Positions 25,776-32,000 of a stretch of DNA of 32,000 nucleotides are shown piece after piece. The first letter of the stretch is position 1. Every line of letters starts with the position of its first letter. The DNA is from Candidatus Paracaedimonas acanthamoebae (GTDB lineage Bacteria > Pseudomonadota > Alphaproteobacteria > Caedimonadales > Caedimonadaceae), in assembly GCA_000743035.1 (NCBI GenBank), contig CP008936.1:810001-842000 (forward strand), in the 5' to 3' direction. The notes beneath the pieces are model-generated. The model worked only from the letters and a program-made list of their open reading frames with translations, had not been told where the DNA came from and made no database searches. The translations under genes and the position numbers were made by a program.

Positions 25776-27080
25776 ATGAGGTATTTTCAATTCCCAGCTA
25801 ATTTCTTAAATAAGATTTTTACAAATCCATTAACGGTCCTGGGAGCAATTATGCTTGGGACTATTATTGGCCTTCATGATAAGCCGCTTGCTAATATGGT
25901 TGCTCCTTTAGGAAAAATTTATCTCTCAGCTCTCCAAATGTCTGTAGTTCCACTTATTGTTGTGATGATAACTTGTAGCATTGCACGTTTTATGCAATCA
26001 AAAGGCTTAAAAACTTCCGTAAGTTATATTTTATTAATTTTCTTCATTGGCTTGATTATATCAACATTTATAGGAGGTTTATGCGCAACTATTTTCAGGC
26101 CTGGCTCTAATATCGATGAGACAATGCTGGCCAATATTATGAAAGACGCGGCATCTTCAATGATTCGCGAAATTGATTTAAAAACGCCTATTGAGGCAGA
26201 CGCTTTTCAAAATTTAAATCAATTTATTTCCGAACTTATCCCTAAAAATTTCTTTTCAGCTCTAGCAGAAGGAAAAATACTTCAAATAGTTATTTTTACA
26301 ATTATATTGGGTACAGCAATTGGCGCTCTTAGTGGCACTTCTCAAAAGAACTTACTGAATTTATTCGAGAGCACTCAAAGGGCATTACAGAAAATATTAA
26401 GTTGGCTTTCAGTTGTACTACCAATTGGCGTTTTAGGTTTGATGGCTGATCAAGTTTCAAAAGTTGATTTATCACTTTTACTTGTAATGACAAATTTTAT
26501 TTGTAGCTTAACTTTTGCTTTCTTTAGCTTAATATTCTTATCAAGTCTCATTATATGGGCAAATTTTAGAGGTGGGTACTTAGAGTCAGTACGCGTTATG
26601 TGGACAACCATAGTTGTTGCTTTAACTACAAGAAATAGCTTTCTTGCCATGTCTGAAGCAACTGATAGTTTTACTGCCAGATTGAAATTTGATTCTCTAA
26701 CAACAAATTTACTTCTTCCTTTAGGAATTACAATTTGTCGATATGGTAATGTATTATATTTCTCATTCACAGCTGTTTTTATTGCTCAAATTTATAATGT
26801 ACCTCTTACTTTTTCGACATATTATGTCATATTGTTCGGCTCAATTATCGCTGGTATTGCAACTTCAGGAGCAACTGGAGTTGCAAGTATCGCTCTTATT
26901 TCAATTGTTTTAGAGCCTCTGGGATTACCTTTAGGTGCTGTTTTTATGTTGCTAATTACGGTTGATGTTATTGCTGACCCCTTGAGAACACTTGCGATTA
27001 TATATCCTAATTGTGCGGCCACTTCTTTCATTGCTCGAAGAGAAGATTCTGCATCCATAAAAAATCAATTTTTTAAATAG
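25776..27080 (+). CDS. Dicarboxylate/amino acid:cation symporter (DAACS/SLC1) family protein, divergent at canonical motifs
   Basis: Family topology and alignable blocks are present (LPLGITICRYGNVLYFSFTAVFIAQ; GIATSGATGVASIAL; VDVIADPLRT). However, the NMDGT and SSxxTLP signatures are replaced (see findings). The start lies 3 nt after the cyclase stop. Confidence 0.75.
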   Translation: MRYFQFPANFLNKIFTNPLTVLGAIMLGTIIGLHDKPLANMVAPLGKIYLSALQMSVVPLIVVMITCSIARFMQSKGLKTSVSYILLIFFIGLIISTFIGGLCATIFRPGSNIDETMLANIMKDAASSMIREIDLKTPIEADAFQNLNQFISELIPKNFFSALAEGKILQIVIFTIILGTAIGALSGTSQKNLLNLFESTQRALQKILSWLSVVLPIGVLGLMADQVSKVDLSLLLVMTNFICSLTFAFFSLIFLSSLIIWANFRGGYLESVRVMWTTIVVALTTRNSFLAMSEATDSFTARLKFDSLTTNLLLPLGITICRYGNVLYFSFTAVFIAQIYNVPLTFSTYYVILFGSIIAGIATSGATGVASIALISIVLEPLGLPLGAVFMLLITVDVIADPLRTLAIIYPNCAATSFIARREDSASIKNQFFK

Positions 27081-27086
27081 AAGTAG

Positions 27087-27980
27087 TTAAAAATCCTGAT
27101 GTTCTAAAGCTTTACGTTCAATAAACTGACGAAAAGCAATAATACGTTTTGAATTTCTAAGCTGTTCAGGATACACGATAAAACGTTGCACCATTGCCCC
27201 TTCAAGATCAGGTAGGATTTCGATAAGATCATAATCTTTATCGAGTATATACTTATGCATACCTGCAATACCAAGCCCAGCCTTGACACACTGTAAGATT
27301 GCATAAGCATTGTTTACAATTAGGTAAGGTTCTCGATTTTGTCCGCGACGCGTTCCTGCATGCAGGATCCAATTAACTTTATTTAAGCGATGAGATATTT
27401 CATCCCCAAAAGCAATCAAGCGATGGTTATCAAGATCCTGAGGTTTTACAGGAACACCAAATTTTTTAAAATACGAGCGACTTCCATAGATTCTTAAACG
27501 ATAAGGAGGCAAAGGAACAGAAATCATATCAGGTTGTGTAGGAGGAACTGATGGAATGCTAATATCTGCTTCACGCATATTTAGATCAGGCTCATCATCG
27601 CGCAAAATAAGATTTACCCGAATATGCGGGTAAAGTTCTAAGAACTCACCGAGCAAAGGCGCAAGCCACATAGAACCAAAAGCAATTGAAGTAGTTATTT
27701 TTAAAGGGCCACGTGGGTGACCTTGGCTCTCATTCAAAAGAGCTTCTGTCATAGCTAATTTTGAGAAAACCTCGCGTACTGACTCAAATAACAGTTCTCC
27801 TTGTTCTGTCATAACGAGCCCACGAGCGTGACGATAAAATAATGGTACCCCTAATGATTCTTCCAACCCATTTACTTGTCTACTAATTGCGGACTGGCTT
27901 AGATTTAATTGTTCTGCAGCACGTGTAAAGCTTCCTGCAAGTGCGACAGTATGAAAAATTCGTAATTTATCCCAATCCAT
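27087..27980 (-). CDS. LysR-family transcriptional regulator
   Basis: N-terminal wHTH LRIFHTVALAGSFTRAAEQLNLSQSAISRQVNGLEESLGVPLFYR, followed by a LysR substrate-binding domain. Confidence 0.9.
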   Translation of the reverse strand: MDWDKLRIFHTVALAGSFTRAAEQLNLSQSAISRQVNGLEESLGVPLFYRHARGLVMTEQGELLFESVREVFSKLAMTEALLNESQGHPRGPLKITTSIAFGSMWLAPLLGEFLELYPHIRVNLILRDDEPDLNMREADISIPSVPPTQPDMISVPLPPYRLRIYGSRSYFKKFGVPVKPQDLDNHRLIAFGDEISHRLNKVNWILHAGTRRGQNREPYLIVNNAYAILQCVKAGLGIAGMHKYILDKDYDLIEILPDLEGAMVQRFIVYPEQLRNSKRIIAFRQFIERKALEHQDF

Positions 27981-28045
27981 TAATGGTCCTTAATTCTTTA
28001 TCCTAAATGAATTGTGCCATAAAATGGTCAAATTCTAAATAAATT

Positions 28046-28876
28046 TTAACTTACGTTTTCAAGACGTTCAATTAAAGGTGCTAAGTTGATCATCTCAAGT
28101 AATGCTCGCAACTCTTGTCGTGCAGCAACATGTGATAATGTCATTTCAATACCGACATCTTGCAAATCCAATAAAGTTAATCCTTGTAAAAAGAGTTCTC
28201 TAAAAATAACCCGTTCACCGAAACCTGAAGCAAGGCGGAAGCCTATCCGTTGAGCAAGCTTGTTTAAGAGAAATTGCATCTCTTCTTTATTTTTTGCAAA
28301 AATACTACTTAATCTATTGCGCAGCACAATCCAATCAAATTGAGTACGTTCACGTAATAACTTATGTTTTTTCTGTTCCCATACCATCTCAGCGTATGTA
28401 CTTGGCCCAGAGATTTCACGTGTCTCACTATTGATCCGAGCCAACATATCGAGATCAATAAAACTATCATTAAGTGGTGTAATTAACGTATCCGCATAAG
28501 AATGAGATAATTGTGAGAGAAAAGTATCATTTCCTGGAGTATCGATAAGAATAAAATCTTTGTCTTTTAGGCTGCTTAGACATGATAAAAACTTTTTCTT
28601 TTCTTCCTCTTGAGCATCCAAAATTGTTGGTAAATTTGACCGTAAAATCGCATGATGGGTGGAAATGGGAAGTTCCTTACCATTCATCTCTATATATTTG
28701 CGACGATTTTCTATATAGCGAGATAATGTTCCTTGCCGAGCATCAATATCGATTGATCCTACTTTAAAACCAAGCCTTAAAAGATGAACTATAAGATGCA
28801 TTGAAAGTGTAGACTTTCCGGTCCCTCCTTTTTCATTTCCTAAAACGATGATATAGGGCTTTTCTTGTGCATTCAT
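28046..28876 (-). CDS. mipZ: MipZ-type ParA-like division-plane positioning ATPase
   Basis: YIIVLGNEKGGTGKSTLSMHLIVHLLRLGFKVGSIDIDARQGTLSRYIENRR closely parallels the deviant Walker A region and the following segment of Caulobacter MipZ. The length (276 aa) is also typical. Confidence 0.8.
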   Translation of the reverse strand: MNAQEKPYIIVLGNEKGGTGKSTLSMHLIVHLLRLGFKVGSIDIDARQGTLSRYIENRRKYIEMNGKELPISTHHAILRSNLPTILDAQEEEKKKFLSCLSSLKDKDFILIDTPGNDTFLSQLSHSYADTLITPLNDSFIDLDMLARINSETREISGPSTYAEMVWEQKKHKLLRERTQFDWIVLRNRLSSIFAKNKEEMQFLLNKLAQRIGFRLASGFGERVIFRELFLQGLTLLDLQDVGIEMTLSHVAARQELRALLEMINLAPLIERLENVS

Positions 28877-28888
28877 CTCATTTTCTCC

Positions 28889-29707
28889 TTAAGATTCTTC
28901 ACTTTTCATTAGTGAGCCTTTATGCATAAACCATCCTGCTATAATAATACCGATGGTTACTAAGCTCACTATAATTGTTGCTAGAGCATTTATAACAGGA
29001 CTGATACCTGTGCGTACGCTTGAAAAGACAAGCATAGGCAAAGTGGTAGAACCAGGGCCTGAGAGAAAGCTTGCGAGCACTACGTCATCTAACGACAAAG
29101 TAAAGGCAAGTAACCAGCCAGCTGCAATTGATGGAAATATTAAAGGAAGCGTTATTTTAAAAAATACAGTAATTGGGCGTGCGCCTAGGTCTAAAGCGGC
29201 TTCCTCTAACTGTCTATCAAATTCAAGAAGACGCGCACGAACAATCACGATAACATAAGCAATTGTTAAAGTAACATGTCCCAAAGTAATTGTTGTAATC
29301 CCTCGCTCTTTCGGCCACCCAATAGTTTGCTGAAGCACAACAAAAAAAAGTAATAAAGCAAGGCCTGTAATAACTTCTGGCATAACTAAAGGAGCTGTTA
29401 CAAGACCATTAAAAAAAGTTCTTCCTTTAAATGATTGAAATCTTACTATAACAAGAGCTGCAACTGTTCCTATAATCACAGAGATAGTCGCAGTCAGAAG
29501 GGCAATCTTTAAGCTTAATAAAGCTGAAGTAAGTATCATTTTATTAGAAAAAAGTTCGTAATACCATTTTAAAGAAAATTCTGACCATTCCGTGACACTT
29601 TGTGCTTTGTTAAATGAAAAAACAATAAGACTTAATATAGGTAAATATAAAAATGCATACCCAAATACCATAAAAGTTAAGAGAAAAGGTCTTTTAGAAA
29701 AAGTCAC
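28889..29707 (-). CDS. potI: Putrescine/spermidine ABC transporter permease (PotI/PotC type)
   Basis: Six-TM permease with the EAA loop LEEAALDLGARPITVFFKITLP. A GTG at 29707, 1 nt after the potH stop, is the preferred start; the listed ORF extends to 29851 and overlaps potH. Confidence 0.85.
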   Translation of the reverse strand: MTFSKRPFLLTFMVFGYAFLYLPILSLIVFSFNKAQSVTEWSEFSLKWYYELFSNKMILTSALLSLKIALLTATISVIIGTVAALVIVRFQSFKGRTFFNGLVTAPLVMPEVITGLALLLFFVVLQQTIGWPKERGITTITLGHVTLTIAYVIVIVRARLLEFDRQLEEAALDLGARPITVFFKITLPLIFPSIAAGWLLAFTLSLDDVVLASFLSGPGSTTLPMLVFSSVRTGISPVINALATIIVSLVTIGIIIAGWFMHKGSLMKSEES

Positions 29708-29708
29708 T

Positions 29709-30623
29709 TTAATCTTCCCCTGTCGGTCGCATTGTAAACTTTTGAAAGCCAATAATTGGTAAAACAAGAAAGATAAGCATCGCAATTGCAAGCGCAGCTG
29801 CCACAGGCCAATCTCGATTTGTAAAAAACTCAGTCCACAAGATTTTACCAATCATGAGTGTATCTGGTCCTCCTAAAAGTTCTGGTATAACAAACTCACC
29901 AACCCCTGGAATAAACACAAGCATAGAGCCTGCAATAATTCCTTTTATAGAAAGCGGTACGGTGATTGTCCAAAACGCTCTCGAAGGTTTACACCCTAAG
30001 TCATAAGCAGCCTCTAAAATTTGATGATCTATTTTTTCTAAAGCAGAATAAAGAGGCAAAATCATAAAGGGTAAGTAAGAGTATACAATTCCCAAGCAAA
30101 CGGAAAATTTATTATTATTGAGCGCAAGCGGTTGAGATATTATACCCATCTTTAATAAAAGACCATTTATTAACCCATGATAGTTAAGCAGACCGATCCA
30201 CGCATATACTCGTATCAGAAAAGAAGTCCAAAAAGGTAAAATCACAAGTAACAACAAAATTATCTTTATTTTAGAATTAGCACGTGCAATCCCATAAGCG
30301 ATAGGATAGCCAATCAGTAGACAGAAAAAAGTTGCTAACCCTGCAATATGTAAAGATTCAATGTATCCAGCAATATATAAACTGTCCTCTTTAAGTAATT
30401 GATAATTCCATAAATTAAGCCGTATTTGAAGAAAACTCTCATCAACCCATGAGATTATTGAGGTAAAAGGTGGAGCACCAATAATACTTTCTGAAAAACT
30501 AAGTCCAAGTACAATCAGAAAAGGGATAAAAAAGAAAATAATATGCCACCCATAAGGAATAGCGATTAAAGCTGCCTTTCCAAGGATACGTTCAAAATAA
30601 ATTTTCAAATTTTCTAAATTCAT
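29709..30623 (-). CDS. potH: Putrescine/spermidine ABC transporter permease (PotH/PotB type)
   Basis: Permease with the EAA loop ILEAAYDLGCKPSRAFWTITVPLS. Its position between the potG-like ATPase and potI fits the operon. Confidence 0.85.
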   Translation of the reverse strand: MNLENLKIYFERILGKAALIAIPYGWHIIFFFIPFLIVLGLSFSESIIGAPPFTSIISWVDESFLQIRLNLWNYQLLKEDSLYIAGYIESLHIAGLATFFCLLIGYPIAYGIARANSKIKIILLLLVILPFWTSFLIRVYAWIGLLNYHGLINGLLLKMGIISQPLALNNNKFSVCLGIVYSYLPFMILPLYSALEKIDHQILEAAYDLGCKPSRAFWTITVPLSIKGIIAGSMLVFIPGVGEFVIPELLGGPDTLMIGKILWTEFFTNRDWPVAAALAIAMLIFLVLPIIGFQKFTMRPTGED

Positions 30624-30668
30624 TTCTAAGTTACATTTTATCTTTGATGATGCCTTTCAGTAATCAAC

Positions 30669-31811
30669 TTAACTGGTTAAAACAACTCCACTTTCAGGAC
30701 GCCAATGAAGACAGACTTCATCATCCCAATTAATGGGTCTCTCTGTCAAACGAACCTGATTTGTCACAGTTGATAAGATCTTTTTGCCAGATTTAAGCTC
30801 TATATGATAAATAGATACATCTCCAAGATAAGCAATTTCTGTCACAATTCCCTTACAATAATTTCGCTCTTTTTGCACTGGTTCTTTAGTGATCATAACT
30901 TTCTCTGGTCTTATAGCAACCGCAACTTGCGCTCCTACAGGGGCCGAAGATGAGTGCGTGACATACAAGTCACAACCAGCTTCTTCAGATTTGATAGATA
31001 CATGGTCTGGTTCATCTTCGGTAACAAATCCCTCAAAAATATTCATCTCTCCAATAAAATCTGCAACAAAACGAGAACTGGGATATTCATAAATTTCTGT
31101 AGGTGTTCCAATTTGGCGTATACGTCCCTCTTCCATTACACCAATGCGCGTCGACATTGTCATCGCTTCTTCTTGATCATGTGTAACCATAACGAAAGTA
31201 ACTCCCAATGTTTCTTGGATGTTAACAAGTTCAAACTGAGTTTGTTCACGCAATTTCCTATCAAGGGCTCCCAGAGGCTCATCTAAAAGAAGAACTCGGG
31301 GTTGTTTTGCAAGGCTTCTGGCAAGAGCGACTCTTTGCCTTTGTCCCCCGGATAATTGCTGAGGTTTTCGTTTTGCATATTTTCTTAAATGAACAAGCTC
31401 CAACATAGAAATAACACGATCCTTAATATCATTTTCTGGCATTTTTTGTTGTTTCAAACCAAAAGCTATATTCTGTTCAACGGTCATATGAGGAAAAAGA
31501 GCATATGATTGAAACATCATATTAACAGGTCGATTATATGGTTCGACATTCGTCATATTTAAACCATCTATAAATATCTTACCTGAGGTTGGTATCTCAA
31601 AACCTGCTAATAACCTTAACAAAGTTGTCTTACCGCATCCTGAAGCACCCAAAAGAGAAAAAAATTCTCCTGGAAAAATCTGTAGGCTAATGTTGTTAAC
31701 AGCGGGAAAACCGTCAAATGTTTTGGAAACATGAACAATATCAATAATAGGTCTTGCTTGAGGATCTTTCCAAGGCTCAAATCTTGTGGAGGGACGATCA
31801 GCAATAGCCAT
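30669..31811 (-). CDS. potG: Putrescine/spermidine ABC transporter ATP-binding protein
   Basis: Walker A GASGCGKTT, NMMFQSYALFPHMTVEQNIAFGLKQ, signature LSGGQRQRVALARSLAK, Walker B LLLDEP, and MVTHDQEEAMTM. It is near-collinear with E. coli PotG, including the C-terminal regulatory domain. Confidence 0.9.
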   Translation of the reverse strand: MAIADRPSTRFEPWKDPQARPIIDIVHVSKTFDGFPAVNNISLQIFPGEFFSLLGASGCGKTTLLRLLAGFEIPTSGKIFIDGLNMTNVEPYNRPVNMMFQSYALFPHMTVEQNIAFGLKQQKMPENDIKDRVISMLELVHLRKYAKRKPQQLSGGQRQRVALARSLAKQPRVLLLDEPLGALDRKLREQTQFELVNIQETLGVTFVMVTHDQEEAMTMSTRIGVMEEGRIRQIGTPTEIYEYPSSRFVADFIGEMNIFEGFVTEDEPDHVSIKSEEAGCDLYVTHSSSAPVGAQVAVAIRPEKVMITKEPVQKERNYCKGIVTEIAYLGDVSIYHIELKSGKKILSTVTNQVRLTERPINWDDEVCLHWRPESGVVLTS

Positions 31812-32000
31812 CTATAATTACCTCAAAATATAATAACTATTACATCACTATCTTGGTAAGATGTGGAATGCAAGATATGTCTGCTTAGATTATATAATTT
31901 TATCTGAAAACGAGGGCAACTTTCTATTTCTACTCACTTATTTGTATTATTTTTCTTGTCGAGATAAAAGTAAAGAAAGAGACTTAATATACACATTAAA

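Overview
This is a low-GC, gene-dense chromosomal window. It is most likely alphaproteobacterial: it carries a MipZ-type division ATPase, the tkt-gap and accD-folC gene pairs, and a fliM homolog, and the overall look is of a Holosporales/Rickettsiales-like intracellular bacterium (inference only). Most of it is housekeeping: a 5'-partial MscS-family channel, trkH, tRNA-His and tRNA-Ser, rpsU, gap, tkt, mutY, folC, accD, fliM plus a coupled small gene, an SPFH/NfeD pair, an L,D-transpeptidase, tRNA-Met(CAT), a LysR regulator, mipZ and potGHI. The clearest non-routine element is a roughly 2.0 kb, visibly GC-richer group II intron. It has an En-minus RT/maturase ORF and a recognisable domain V, and it sits in sense orientation inside a conserved RluA-family pseudouridine synthase gene. 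Its 5' end (GCGCG) is atypical and the tail between domain V and the inferred 3' splice site is unusually long. Second is a tightly spaced four-gene cluster: Asp/Glu-type racemase, an orphan family-3 solute-binding protein, a dCache-HAMP class III nucleotidyl cyclase, and a DAACS-family protein whose canonical transport motifs are degenerate. This could be an uncharacterised amino-acid-sensing cNMP module. A decaying stretch at about 8.1-10.0 kb holds an approximately 800 bp non-coding tract, a short MscS-like ORF and an IS110 transposase remnant. No CRISPR array, rRNA or recognisable defence system was seen. All calls rest on motif recognition by eye; no database searches were run.
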